A stretch of 64,000 nt of DNA, from contig CAXXHB010000003.1 of the NCBI GenBank assembly GCA_963664815.2, positions 3,008,001 through 3,072,000 of the forward strand, read 5' to 3'. The notes below the pieces were generated by a model. That model was not told the origin of the DNA, did not search any database, and worked only from the letters and a program-made list of their open reading frames with translations. Shown piece by piece: positions 31,314 through 41,951 of the stretch. A program made the translations under genes and the position numbers. Source of the stretch: Spirochaetota bacterium. GTDB taxonomy: Bacteria > Spirochaetota > UBA4802 > UBA5550. Numbering within the stretch: position 1 is the first letter of the stretch; every line of letters begins with the position of its first letter.

Positions 31314-32738
31314 TTAATTAAATTTGAAAATCAATGGCTTAATGTAATAAATAGTCTTTTTTAAAACCCCAGTTAAACCAATATCCCGGATTTTTTTTAT
31401 GACTGTTGTAAAGGTAGTAAAAGGATGTCTGAGAAAATAATTCAATCTGATACGTGATTCAGCCCAGAAACGTATATTATCATATTCTTCTTTTGTAAAT
31501 GATGTAAAATTTATTAAAACTTCCGAGTCAGACATATATCCGCCTTCAAGTCTTTCCAAATAATTAATTTCATCAATTATATATTTTTTTTCTATTGCAT
31601 ACGACCATAATTCTGTTCCTGGTAATGGTGTAATTGGAGAAAAAGAAACAAATGCTTCATTAATCTTATTAAAAAATTGTATTGTTTCTTTTATCGTTTT
31701 AATATCTTCACCAGGATAGCCATAAATAAATTGTAAAATTGGATAGATACCGATTTTTTTTGTAATATTAATTACTTCTACAGCTTTTTTAATATCTATC
31801 TGTTTTTTCATTGAATCCAGAATTTTTTGGCTGCCTGATTCAACTCCATAGCCTATTGCAGTACATCCGCTATCCTTCATTTTACGGAGAATTTCTTCAT
31901 CAACTAAATTGATTCTTCCCTGGCAACTCCAATTAATATTCAAAGGTTTAATTAATTCGCAGAGCTCATTAATCCTCTTTTTATTTATTATCAGAAGTTC
32001 ATCCGTAAAAAAAATTCTCTTTATGCCGAATTTTAATTTTAATAATTCAATTTCCTCAATAATACTTGGAATGGTTCTCATCCTTATGCCTGTAAATGAT
32101 TTTGAGCAAAATGTACAATGATAAGGGCATCCTCTGCCGCAACTTATATTGATAGTTCTTTCATTATGGCATATACTGATTTTTGATATACTGTTGATAT
32201 AACGTTCAGTTGGAAAAATATCATACGGGATCATCGGAATTAAGTCGAGATTTTTAATATATTCTTGTTGTGAAGATATTAGTATTTCATTGTTATCATT
32301 TTTATAAATTATACCATTTACCAAATGCAGATTATCTAAATTTGAAAGGATTTTTTTTATAGTAATTTCACCCTCACTGATTACGCATATATCAATATGA
32401 GTATTTTTTAAAACAATTTCTGAGCTATAGGTAGCAAGAATCCCTCCAAGAATTATTTTTATATTTCTATTAATTTTTTTTATTTCCGCTGAAATCCACT
32501 TAATATATTTATATTGGGTACTCATTGCAGTGATCCCAACAACATCACACCCGCAATTTTTTATAAAAATCAATACTTCATCATTTGTAATATCTGAAAC
32601 ATTAACATCAAGAATTTCAATTTCATACTTTTCTTCTAAAATTGATGCAGCTATATAACCTAATCCAATAGGAAAAAATGCCTCTTCCCTTCTCTTCCCA
32701 TCATATTCTACAGGAGGATTTATTAATAAAACTTTCAA
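31314..32738 (-). CDS. B12-binding-domain radical SAM protein
   Basis: LINPP, PIGLGYIAA, GG..AT, EGE, GRGCPYHCTFC, GVESGS. Confidence 0.9.
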   Translation of the reverse strand: MKVLLINPPVEYDGKRREEAFFPIGLGYIAASILEEKYEIEILDVNVSDITNDEVLIFIKNCGCDVVGITAMSTQYKYIKWISAEIKKINRNIKIILGGILATYSSEIVLKNTHIDICVISEGEITIKKILSNLDNLHLVNGIIYKNDNNEILISSQQEYIKNLDLIPMIPYDIFPTERYINSISKISICHNERTINISCGRGCPYHCTFCSKSFTGIRMRTIPSIIEEIELLKLKFGIKRIFFTDELLIINKKRINELCELIKPLNINWSCQGRINLVDEEILRKMKDSGCTAIGYGVESGSQKILDSMKKQIDIKKAVEVINITKKIGIYPILQFIYGYPGEDIKTIKETIQFFNKINEAFVSFSPITPLPGTELWSYAIEKKYIIDEINYLERLEGGYMSDSEVLINFTSFTKEEYDNIRFWAESRIRLNYFLRHPFTTFTTVIKKIRDIGLTGVLKKTIYYIKPLIFKFN

Positions 32739-32785
32739 TTATATTTACCCCTTTTTTATTATAAAAACTCATTGCACATAAACGA

Positions 32786-33907
32786 TCATCTGGTCTCAAA
32801 AAAGTCTATTGATTTATTTATTATTGAATCCCAACTAAATTGTTTGATCCATTCAAGTCCTTTTTTTGAATAGGCTTCACGATTCTCTACACTTGAAAAA
32901 ATTAAATCAAAAACCTTTGTTGTTTCATCAACATCAGAAGGATCTTCAATAATAATTCCGGCATTTCCCACTGCTTCTATTAACAAAGATGAAGTAATAA
33001 CTGGTGTACCTGTACTCATTGCTTCTTTTAATAAAATTGTTTCACCATCACATGTTGAAGTACATATATAGTAATAAGCTTGCTTATAGATTTCCACTAA
33101 TTCATCTTCGGGTATCCATGTCAAATAAATTCCCCTTTCTTCATCAATAATAGGTTTCATTAACGCTTCAATATCAACATGAGGCGACGTTTTATTCTTT
33201 CCAACTACGACCAGTGAAATATCGTCATATTTTTTATATATTTTTTTAAAAGACTCGATAATAACATCCACATTTCTGCGTGTATATATTACACCAAGAG
33301 ATAGTAAATATCTATTTTTTAAATTATATTTCTTTTTAATATCCACTGCATTATCTTTCTCTTTGGTTTCATTAAATTTATCTTCTGCAGCAAATTGAAC
33401 GATATGAATTTTATTTTCAGAAATATGATAGTACTTTTCTATCTGTTTAGCATCAAAATGTGAACATGTTATTACGCCTGCAGCCTTACTGCATGAATGA
33501 CGAGAAAAAGGAGAAAGTGACAATCTATCTAAAAAACTAAATTGCTGAGGGTGAGTTGTGAATGAGATATCCCATGCTGCAATAACTAACTTCGGAATTT
33601 TTAAAAACCATGGAGCTGTATACCATGGAGAAAAAAACAGATCAAGATTATCTTTTTTAATTTGTCTATTCATCAATAATTGCTCAGTAACAATTCTTCT
33701 TTTCTTTAATATTTCAGGCCCATTTATAATTCTATACTCAAAAGAAGGGTTTTTTAAAAATTCATCATCCGGTATAAAATGAGTAAAATACAATACGAAT
33801 GTATGCTTATCGCTTTTTTGAGGCCACTGTTTTAACAAATTTAATACATATCTGGCAGGCCCACCTCTCTGCCATTCAAGACAACGTGAATCAATTCCTA
33901 TTCGCAT
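32786..33907 (-). CDS. GT4 family glycosyltransferase
   Basis: MRIGID, GG..RY, LSLG....RRN, EAMSTGTPVITS, FSW. Confidence 0.9.
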   Translation of the reverse strand: MRIGIDSRCLEWQRGGPARYVLNLLKQWPQKSDKHTFVLYFTHFIPDDEFLKNPSFEYRIINGPEILKKRRIVTEQLLMNRQIKKDNLDLFFSPWYTAPWFLKIPKLVIAAWDISFTTHPQQFSFLDRLSLSPFSRHSCSKAAGVITCSHFDAKQIEKYYHISENKIHIVQFAAEDKFNETKEKDNAVDIKKKYNLKNRYLLSLGVIYTRRNVDVIIESFKKIYKKYDDISLVVVGKNKTSPHVDIEALMKPIIDEERGIYLTWIPEDELVEIYKQAYYYICTSTCDGETILLKEAMSTGTPVITSSLLIEAVGNAGIIIEDPSDVDETTKVFDLIFSSVENREAYSKKGLEWIKQFSWDSIINKSIDFFETR

Positions 33908-33941
33908 TTTTTCCTCATAAAAAATTTATAAATATAACGAT

Positions 33942-35249
33942 TTAAAGCTTATTTGTATATACTTGAAATTTTGATTCATAATCGATACTGGATATAATAC
34001 CAACTAAAGCAAATACATATATATGGAAGTAAAATGAAGAAAATAATGTATTTGTAAATGATGCTAATATCATTGATATCAAACCAGTTGTTAATCCATG
34101 AATTATTGCTTTCTGTTTAATAAGAGGGGCTTTTTCAGCTACTTTATTAGCCCATTTAATAAGGGAAATCATCGCTATAATGATAAATATTATACCAATT
34201 ATACCAGTTTTTGCCAGAAAATTGACCCATTCGAGTTCCTGTAAATATGGTTTTGGTAAATCAATATTAAAACCTTCAAAATCGTATAAAACCAACCCAA
34301 ATCCTCTCCCAAATAATGGATTTTTACAGAACTCATCAATTAATAAATTAAATTGTGTTAATCTGAAATTTACTCCCTGTTCAACAGTATTTCCGTAAAA
34401 TCCCGCAAGCTTTAAAATAGGCAATTCCGTTATCATCATAAAAAAAATCATAAACAAAAACATAAAACAAATCATGATAATAATTTTTTTAATACTCATT
34501 TGAAATTTTGCATTTCTGATATAATAAATCGATGAAACAGCAATAGCAACATAAAACCCGCGCATACCTGCAAGTATTATCGATATGAAAACTACGATAA
34601 AAAACATTACATTTTTTTTACTCCTCTCAACCTGTAAAATTGAAAAGGATAGAAAAAAGAAAGGCATTAATATAAAATTTCCTTTTACATTTATTTTCAG
34701 ATAAGTAATATTAAGATAAAAATCTATTATAAAAGCAGAATACATTTTAAGTAAAATTATTATCATATAAATTAATAATGAATATAATATCACTTTCCAT
34801 ACATCCTTTTTCCATGTCAAAGATATGAAAAAAGGGATTGTAAAATAAACTAAGAAATTCGCAGTTTCCAGCAGTACAAATCTTAATAAATTATCACCAA
34901 ATAAACCCGAAACAAAACCTAAAATGATGAAGGAAAAAACAAATATAATAAATTGTATCGAACGCGATGGTATTATAATCTGCTTAGACAATAAAGCCAA
35001 CATAGTCATTGTTATAAAACAAATGAAAAGTATATAATGAATATGATTAAAATAACTATTATATTCCAAAGACAATTCTTTTAAAGGAATACCAAATACT
35101 GTAGCACTATCTTTTGATATATCAATAGCTTGAAAAAAAAATATAAAAAATAAAAACAAAATCGGTGGATTAATTAATAATTTTATTAAATTCTTTGAAC
35201 TTAACGAATCTATAATAATTCCATTTTTCATTATTTTATAAAAAACCAA
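33942..35249 (-). CDS. O-antigen polymerase/ligase-family membrane protein (Wzy-like)
   Basis: About 10-12 TMs, R.TQF....NPLFGRGFG, GIIG. Confidence 0.7.
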   Translation of the reverse strand: MVFYKIMKNGIIIDSLSSKNLIKLLINPPILFLFFIFFFQAIDISKDSATVFGIPLKELSLEYNSYFNHIHYILFICFITMTMLALLSKQIIIPSRSIQFIIFVFSFIILGFVSGLFGDNLLRFVLLETANFLVYFTIPFFISLTWKKDVWKVILYSLLIYMIIILLKMYSAFIIDFYLNITYLKINVKGNFILMPFFFLSFSILQVERSKKNVMFFIVVFISIILAGMRGFYVAIAVSSIYYIRNAKFQMSIKKIIIMICFMFLFMIFFMMITELPILKLAGFYGNTVEQGVNFRLTQFNLLIDEFCKNPLFGRGFGLVLYDFEGFNIDLPKPYLQELEWVNFLAKTGIIGIIFIIIAMISLIKWANKVAEKAPLIKQKAIIHGLTTGLISMILASFTNTLFSSFYFHIYVFALVGIISSIDYESKFQVYTNKL

Positions 35250-35252
35250 TAA

Positions 35253-35954
35253 CTAATTTTTTTCACACATCAACTCCTGTATTAAGAATTCTGCAAATTT
35301 AAAATCAAAGGCATTATCAATATCCAATGAATACTTATTCTCCATTATATAACCATACATATTATCTTGAATAAAAAAAGACTTTTCCTGTAGAAGCTTA
35401 TCTGTATTACAAATATATATGGCGCCATTAAGTCTGTAATATTTATCAATATCCTGGGATCGTTTATTTTTTAATTCATCCCTTAAAAAATTTCTCATAC
35501 TTCCGTCTTCAGGAATTGTATTACACCAGAGAGGAGAATGTTCTGTTTCGCATATTGAAATAATAGCATCGGCATTTTTTTGCATCAATAGTTCTATAGC
35601 GGCATCAATATGCCTTTCATTTCTCAAGGGACTTGTTGGTTGCAACAAAACAATAAAATTATACCCAGGCATGTTATCAATTAAATTTTTAACAACCTCA
35701 AAGGTAGTTGCAGTATCCGAAGCCAGTTCATCAGGCCTTTTAAAAATATAAGCCCCGGATTGTTTGGAAACAGAAAGTATTTCTTCATCATCACTTGTGA
35801 CAATTAATTTATCTATATATTTACTTTTACAACCTGCATCAATAGTCCACGATACAAGAGGTCTACCAGCCAATAACATAATATTTTTCCGCGGTAACCG
35901 TTTGCTCCCACCTCTCGCTGGTATTATACCAAGTATTTTTTTCCCGCAAATCAT
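35253..35954 (-). CDS. neuA: CMP-nonulosonic acid synthetase (NeuA/LegF)
   Basis: IIPARGGSKRLPRKN, LQPTSPLR, NGAIY, SLDID...DF; start MICGKK overlaps the upstream stop. Confidence 0.92.
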   Translation of the reverse strand: MICGKKILGIIPARGGSKRLPRKNIMLLAGRPLVSWTIDAGCKSKYIDKLIVTSDDEEILSVSKQSGAYIFKRPDELASDTATTFEVVKNLIDNMPGYNFIVLLQPTSPLRNERHIDAAIELLMQKNADAIISICETEHSPLWCNTIPEDGSMRNFLRDELKNKRSQDIDKYYRLNGAIYICNTDKLLQEKSFFIQDNMYGYIMENKYSLDIDNAFDFKFAEFLIQELMCEKN

Positions 35955-37027
35955 TGCACAACCAACCCCATTTGTGATATCACCCTGCGATACTCTTCCC
36001 ATTGTCCGATATCAATATAATCATTTTCGTTAACAGGATATGTCGCAACTTTTCCTCCATTTTTCATAATTAATTCCATCAGATGAGTCATATGAAAAAC
36101 CTCTCCTTCAGGTATATATTTCAAGCATTCAATATCAAGAATATAAACACCTGTATTTATACAGAAAGAATACTCCGGTTTTTCTTCAAACCCAGTTACA
36201 CCACCCCCAGGCTCAAACTGAATAACGCCATAAGGTATTTTATAGTGCTGAATAGATGAAAGAACAGTCAGCAGCGCTCCCGAATTTCTATGAAATTCTA
36301 AAACATCCGAGTAATCTGCTTTAACAATTATATCACAATTGGATACAATAAAAGTATTTGAAAAGTCTGGAGGTAATAATTTCAAACTGCCGGCAGTTCC
36401 AAGAAAAGCAACTTCCTTTAAATAATTTACGTTGTAAGCTTTTTCAATACAATCAAAATAGGCCTTAATCATTTCTCCACGATAATTAATTGTAAAGAAA
36501 AAATTATCAATTCCAAAAACTTGAAACTCATCTATAATTAATTCTAAAATTGTTTTATCGCCAATTGGTATTAATGGTTTAGGTAATACATTTGTAAATG
36601 GCGCCATTCGCGTACCCTTTCCCCCGGCCATAATTACAACAGGAATATTTAATTTTTTCTGGGAATACTTTACAATTTTCCTATTGCTTAAAGGAAATGT
36701 AAAAATATCGATAATAGAACCTCTTTCATCTATTATCGGTGCATAAATAATATCAAGTTCCTCCATTTCTGATAATACTTTATTTTTATCAAAAGGTTTA
36801 TGAATCTTAAAACAATTTTTATTGCAGGCTTCATTAACTTTTGTATCAAGAGTACCATTCAACAAAATAAATCTTCGTATATCTCCATCAGTTAATGATC
36901 CCAACAAAGTATTATTATCAGATACAACAAAAAGTATCTTTGAAGCTATCTCATCGAGTTTCTTCATTGTTTCTTTAATTGTAGCATTTTCATTTATCAG
37001 AACATCTTTAAATTTGAATTCTTTCAT
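35951..37027 (-). CDS. CBS-domain sugar-phosphate nucleotidyltransferase (PtmE/LgaF-like)
   Basis: N-terminal CBS (TDGDIRR), MAGGKGTR..PFT..LPKP, LGTAG, EEKP. Confidence 0.88.
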   Translation of the reverse strand: MKEFKFKDVLINENATIKETMKKLDEIASKILFVVSDNNTLLGSLTDGDIRRFILLNGTLDTKVNEACNKNCFKIHKPFDKNKVLSEMEELDIIYAPIIDERGSIIDIFTFPLSNRKIVKYSQKKLNIPVVIMAGGKGTRMAPFTNVLPKPLIPIGDKTILELIIDEFQVFGIDNFFFTINYRGEMIKAYFDCIEKAYNVNYLKEVAFLGTAGSLKLLPPDFSNTFIVSNCDIIVKADYSDVLEFHRNSGALLTVLSSIQHYKIPYGVIQFEPGGGVTGFEEKPEYSFCINTGVYILDIECLKYIPEGEVFHMTHLMELIMKNGGKVATYPVNENDYIDIGQWEEYRRVISQMGLVVQ

Positions 37028-37036
37028 TATATTCCT

Positions 37037-38200
37037 TTAGTGACTAATACCGTAAAATGTTTTTTTTAAAATATTTTCAAGAGATATTGATGTTATAACA
37101 TTTATTATTTTAGAACTTGTTTCCCCTTCACCATAAGGACTTTTTACGTTTTGAAGATTTTCATGAAATTCCGATGTATGCAATTTATCAAATGCAAATT
37201 GTATATCGTTCTCTGTTGCATCACAATCAATAATTGAATTGGCTTTAATTCTTCCCTTTTGCCTGTTTCCAATATTAATAGTTCCTATTTTAAATGAAGG
37301 GGCTTCAATAATACCGCTTGAAGAATTACCCACCACTGCATCAACAAATTGCATTGTTGATAAATAATTTAACTGACCCATTGATGTAAAAGATATTGAT
37401 TTGTCGGAATTATTTTTTACAAACTCATCAATCATCTGGTTAATAATTCTTCCATCAGTATCCGCATTCGCTTTGGTAAAAATAAAATATGATTCTTCTA
37501 ATGAGTTTAAAACATTTATTAAACTCATAAACTGCTTCTCTGCTGAATTTTTTTCAAGAGTAACAGGATGAAATGTTATTAGATAATTATATTTTTTAAA
37601 CATAATACCATGTGTGTTTGACAAAAGTTCTTTAGATAATAGCTTTAGTTGCTTAATATTATCATTCCCAATTGCTCCAACATTAAAAACATTCTGGGGA
37701 TTTTCACCAAGCTGAATCACTCTTTGCCTGTATTCTTCTGTCGAAGTGAAGTGTAAATGGCTCATTTTGGTAATGGCATGACGAAAAACGTCATCCATGG
37801 CTCCTTCTGTAATCTCGCCACCATGCAGATGAGCTATAGGAATACAACTTACAACAGCAGCAGCAGCACAACAGAAAATTTCGTATCGATCTCCAAGAAG
37901 AACAATTAGATCCGGATTCAGTCTCGACAACACCTCCCCCATTCCGAGAAGAACTAATCCCATCGATTTTGTAATTCCAACAGGAGAATCGGAACTCATC
38001 AGTATCTCCAGTTTTTCATCGATAAGAAAACCGTCTTCTTCAATTTTTTTATATGTTAATCCAAACTCAGGGGATAAATGAGAACCTGTAACTACTACTT
38101 GCAATTCCAATTCTTCTGATGATTTTATTTCATCCATCAAAGGTTTTAGAAGACCATATTCAGCTCTTGTTCCCGTTATTACACATACTTTTCGTTTCAT
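37037..38200 (-). CDS. neuC: Hydrolysing UDP-GlcNAc-type 2-epimerase (NeuC/LegG)
   Basis: TGTRAEYGLL, GDRYE, HLHGGE, RHAITK, TFHPVT, GNSSSG. Confidence 0.93.
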   Translation of the reverse strand: MKRKVCVITGTRAEYGLLKPLMDEIKSSEELELQVVVTGSHLSPEFGLTYKKIEEDGFLIDEKLEILMSSDSPVGITKSMGLVLLGMGEVLSRLNPDLIVLLGDRYEIFCCAAAAVVSCIPIAHLHGGEITEGAMDDVFRHAITKMSHLHFTSTEEYRQRVIQLGENPQNVFNVGAIGNDNIKQLKLLSKELLSNTHGIMFKKYNYLITFHPVTLEKNSAEKQFMSLINVLNSLEESYFIFTKANADTDGRIINQMIDEFVKNNSDKSISFTSMGQLNYLSTMQFVDAVVGNSSSGIIEAPSFKIGTINIGNRQKGRIKANSIIDCDATENDIQFAFDKLHTSEFHENLQNVKSPYGEGETSSKIINVITSISLENILKKTFYGISH

Positions 38201-39198
38201 ATCATCTCATCTTCTTGGTAATCTTTTTGAGCAATACTACCTACCATTTCATCCCATCGCATTGGATTTATGCCATTGCCGGGCCTTTTTATTGTAATAT
38301 TACTTTCGTTTAAAACTTCTCCTTTTTTTATATTGCAACAGGCAACAATACTTTTCCTGGCAACCGCTTTATTTTTAAATTCAGTTTTGCCCGGTTTTTT
38401 TATACCATCACCAATTGCCAGCTCAATATTTCGTATTGCTTTTACCATCGCCTTCAACTCTTCAGGCTCCAGGCTGGCTTTATGGTCTGGACCTTCCATT
38501 GTCTTATCAAGAGTAAAGTGTTTTTCTATAACACTTGCACCCAATGCCGCTGCTGCGATAGGTATTTCAATACCTACAGTATGATCACTATACCCGTAAG
38601 CTATTTTAAAAGTTTTCCCGATAGTAACCATAGCTCTCAGATTCACATCATCCATCGGCGTAGGATATTCTGTAGTTGCGTGCAGAATAGTTATATTCTC
38701 TTTTTCAGTTCCGGACTCCAGAAGAATATCAAGCGCATCTTCAATCTCTCCTATATTAGCCATTCCCGTTGATAGTATAACCTTTTTATTTAATCTGCCT
38801 ATATGTCTAAGAAATGGAAGATTTGTTATCTCCCCGCTTGGAATCTTGAATATTTCTAACTCTAAATTTTTTAAAAGATCAATGCTGCCATGATCAAAGG
38901 GGGTAGATAAAAACATGATATTTTTTAATTTACAATATGCAGCTAATTCTTTATGATTATCAATATCCAATTCCAGCTTTTTTAGCATTTCATATTGACT
39001 TTCATTTATACCAGTTGCCAGCTTCTGATAGTCTGCTTTCTGAGCATTTTTTGAAACCAGTTTATCTGCTTTGAATGTCTGAAATTTCACTGCATCTGCA
39101 CCGCATGCCGCAGCGACATCGATTAGTTTCTTCGCAATGGCAATATCCCCATTATGATTAACACCAGCCTCTGCGATAATAAAAACCTTACTGTTCAT
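38197..39198 (-). CDS. neuB: Nonulosonic acid synthase (NeuB/LegI)
   Basis: IIAEAGVNHNG, KFQTF, KIPSGE, GYSDHT, EKHFTLD, C-terminal SAF domain. Confidence 0.95.
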   Translation of the reverse strand: MNSKVFIIAEAGVNHNGDIAIAKKLIDVAAACGADAVKFQTFKADKLVSKNAQKADYQKLATGINESQYEMLKKLELDIDNHKELAAYCKLKNIMFLSTPFDHGSIDLLKNLELEIFKIPSGEITNLPFLRHIGRLNKKVILSTGMANIGEIEDALDILLESGTEKENITILHATTEYPTPMDDVNLRAMVTIGKTFKIAYGYSDHTVGIEIPIAAAALGASVIEKHFTLDKTMEGPDHKASLEPEELKAMVKAIRNIELAIGDGIKKPGKTEFKNKAVARKSIVACCNIKKGEVLNESNITIKRPGNGINPMRWDEMVGSIAQKDYQEDEMI

Positions 39199-39817
39199 TT
39201 ATTTTCCTTAAAGGATTGCCGGCATAAACACCAGGTTTTACAATTGACTTACGCACCAGTGACCCGGCACCTATAACAATGTTATCTGCTATTTCAACTC
39301 CCTGCACAACCACAGATCCACTGCCGATAAAACAGCCCATACCTACAACTGCATTTCCATTGATACAGGCAGTTGTTGATATATGAGTGTGACTCCCAAT
39401 TACTGCATCATGCTCAATAATTGCCCCTGAATTTATTATGCAGTTTTCTCCAACTTCAGCCCCGCCATTTACAAGCGAATGGTGAAACAAAACTGTTCCC
39501 GCTCCAATCTTTGCATGTTTCGATATGACTGATGTTGAAGCTGAAATTACCGGTAGTACAGCGCCATAATCATTCAGTTTTAAAAATGCTTTTTTTCTTA
39601 TAACCGGACTTTTTATTGAACCTATTGTTACTACAACATTCATGAACTCGTCGATAAGCCGTGGAAGATCCTCATCCGAACCTAACCATGGTATATCATA
39701 GAAGTCATTGCATTTTTCATCAACAAAACCCTCAACTGAATAGATTCCCGCCGACTCGACAACTTCCAGAACAGAAGCAGCATGACCGCCTGCACCGACA
39801 AAAATAAGCTTTTTCAT
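39188..39817 (-). CDS. NeuD/PglD-family sugar acetyltransferase
   Basis: GAGGHA, hexapeptide repeats, IIEHD, GNP. Confidence 0.9.
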   Translation of the reverse strand: MKKLIFVGAGGHAASVLEVVESAGIYSVEGFVDEKCNDFYDIPWLGSDEDLPRLIDEFMNVVVTIGSIKSPVIRKKAFLKLNDYGAVLPVISASTSVISKHAKIGAGTVLFHHSLVNGGAEVGENCIINSGAIIEHDAVIGSHTHISTTACINGNAVVGMGCFIGSGSVVVQGVEIADNIVIGAGSLVRKSIVKPGVYAGNPLRKINEQ

Positions 39818-40971
39818 TTATTATTCACCCGGACACTGCTTGGTAAATTTACAACCCGTTCTTCAAGCCATTGCGAATTAATTAAGTCTTGTGCAAAACA
39901 ATGCTTGTACATCGGAAGTGTTGACAATAACTTCCATATAGGGCGAACCATAACTCCTTGTTCATTCATCTCTTTTAAGAATATATCTTTATACTCTTTT
40001 GATTCCAAAATTATTGCATTAAGCCAGTAATTCGAACGACATTTTTCAGGTTCATTAACAAACTGTACAGAGCAATCTTTAAACAATAATTTATAATGCT
40101 CGGCAAGATCCCGTTTATCTTTCAAAAATAATTCCAGTTTAGTCATTTGGGCACATCCAAGAGCTGCATTGATATTAGGCATTCTGTAATTATAACCAAT
40201 TTCATCATGAAAAAATTCCCAGGGATGTGGAATTTTTGCGGTTGTAGTCAGATGTTTAAGTCTATTACCCAACTCAATATCATTAGTAATAATAGTCCCT
40301 CCACCACCTGTTGTAACAATCTTATTTCCATTATAACTAAGTGCACCTGCTACACCGAAAAGTCCGGTATGGATGCCTTCTCTGGTTGATCCTAACGATT
40401 CAGCTGCATCTTCAATGACAGGAATATTATATTCATTACAAATACGGACAAGTTCATCAATTCTCGCTGGATGGCCGAATGTATGCATCGGTACACATGC
40501 AGCAATTTTTTTCTTACTTTTATTATTATAAGTAAAACCATCATCCTTGAGCTCTGCATATTCATCTAAAAATGTTTTTAAAGCAGCAGGGGACAAACCC
40601 ATAGTATCAATATCTACATCAAGAAAAACCGGTTCTGCACCAGTATAGGATATTGCATTTGCAGTTGCTATAAATGACAACGATTGAGTTAAAACTTCAG
40701 TCCCATATTCAGCCCCTAGTTGTTCAAGAGTTACATGTATAGCTGAAGTTCCATTAACTGTAACAACAGCTTTTTTTGCTCCGGTAAAATTCTCTGTCAT
40801 TTTTTCAAACAGATCAACATACTTCCCGACAGAAGAAACATAAGTGGAATCAATGCAATCCGCTAAAAGATCTTTTTCCATGGAATCAAATCTGGGTTCA
40901 TGAAGAGATATATTATCATTAGATTTATACCAATCGCGAACAAAAGAAATTGTCTGTTCTATTATTTTCAC
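39814..40971 (-). CDS. legC: LegC/LgaB-type aminotransferase
   Basis: LHEP.F, VSSVG, PMHTFGHP, EDAAESLG, SYNGNKIVTTGGGG, HLTTTAK, GYNYRMPN.NAALG. Confidence 0.88.
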   Translation of the reverse strand: MKIIEQTISFVRDWYKSNDNISLHEPRFDSMEKDLLADCIDSTYVSSVGKYVDLFEKMTENFTGAKKAVVTVNGTSAIHVTLEQLGAEYGTEVLTQSLSFIATANAISYTGAEPVFLDVDIDTMGLSPAALKTFLDEYAELKDDGFTYNNKSKKKIAACVPMHTFGHPARIDELVRICNEYNIPVIEDAAESLGSTREGIHTGLFGVAGALSYNGNKIVTTGGGGTIITNDIELGNRLKHLTTTAKIPHPWEFFHDEIGYNYRMPNINAALGCAQMTKLELFLKDKRDLAEHYKLLFKDCSVQFVNEPEKCRSNYWLNAIILESKEYKDIFLKEMNEQGVMVRPIWKLLSTLPMYKHCFAQDLINSQWLEERVVNLPSSVRVNNK

Positions 40972-41029
40972 AATTCACCTGTATTTTTAATTTTACAGCT
41001 TTTTAAAATAAAAAAATTCCGTAAAACCC

Positions 41030-41382
41030 AATAAATCATTTAATTAATCTTTTACCTGTAATATCGCATTTTGAAATGTAAAATGGTCATTAGACTTAAG
41101 AGTTTAGTTTTTAAATTTAAAAAAACTCCTGATCATGACCATATATAGTTGTAATAAAGTACATTTCTCCAGATTTCAAGTAGTAATAAAATAAAACATT
41201 ATATACTGCAGTGTAGAAATGAGTTTTTTAATAACTTTCTCTTTAAATCCTGAAAAAGATATACATACGAAAATATGTCATTTGCATCTAATAAAATATT
41301 AGATGTTAATTTTATTACTATAAGATAAAGAACATTTTCATTTTTATATCAATGATTCATCAATAGTTCAAGAATGATTTTC
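41030..41382 (-). pseudogene. Heavily deleted remnant of an LgaA-type UDP-GlcNAc 4,6-dehydratase
   Basis: Reverse complement gives colinear fragments KIILELLM / ANDIFS..LF.GFKEKV / YFITT-KSGEMY..IYGHDQEFF / *PFYISKCDITGK, matching KRIMEMYM / ANVAFSDGSLLHGFNQRI / YFVTPKESGELC..LGENRDIFF / WPCYFFKSDTTGE of 16099..17292. Confidence 0.75.
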
Positions 41383-41419
41383 TATTAATGTATTTTTATA
41401 AATAAAACTAAAAAATAAA

Positions 41420-41749
41420 TTAAATTCTAACTGATTCTTTAGCAGTTTTTATCTCTTCTGCTATCCTCTCATAATCAGCTTCCTTCCTCTTTATATAATC
41501 AAGGGTAATATTATATTTCGCTTTTATTCCTTTCGGAGTAAACACGTAACGATAACCCGATTTATTGCCGGAACCAATAAATCGTTCTAATTTAATGAAA
41601 CCTTTCTCTACGAGGGCCTTAATAATAAAATTAATTTTACCTAAACTTAATTGTAGCTTAACTGCAAGTTCACGTTGAGATATTTCTGAATTTTTTTCTA
41701 ATTCAGATAAAACCATATATTCGGTGTTAAAGCTATCTATTGCGTTCAT
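41420..41749 (-). CDS. MarR-family EPS-associated transcriptional regulator
   Basis: SQRELA..L.LSLGKINF..KAL..KG, YRYVFTPKG; likely start MNAID at 41749. Confidence 0.9.
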   Translation of the reverse strand: MNAIDSFNTEYMVLSELEKNSEISQRELAVKLQLSLGKINFIIKALVEKGFIKLERFIGSGNKSGYRYVFTPKGIKAKYNITLDYIKRKEADYERIAEEIKTAKESVRI

Positions 41750-41951
41750 TACATGAACATCCATACATAAAATAACTCTTTGTCAAGTAAATTTAAAAAA
41801 GTATTCATGTACTCAATTTAAAATTATGGATACTATATATTTATAATAACACACATTGAGTGGATTGAATAACCAAATTTTTTAATGAACTAAAAAACTT
41901 ATAGAATAAAATTCTTCATATGTTAAAAAATGTTTCATGACTTTACATCTT

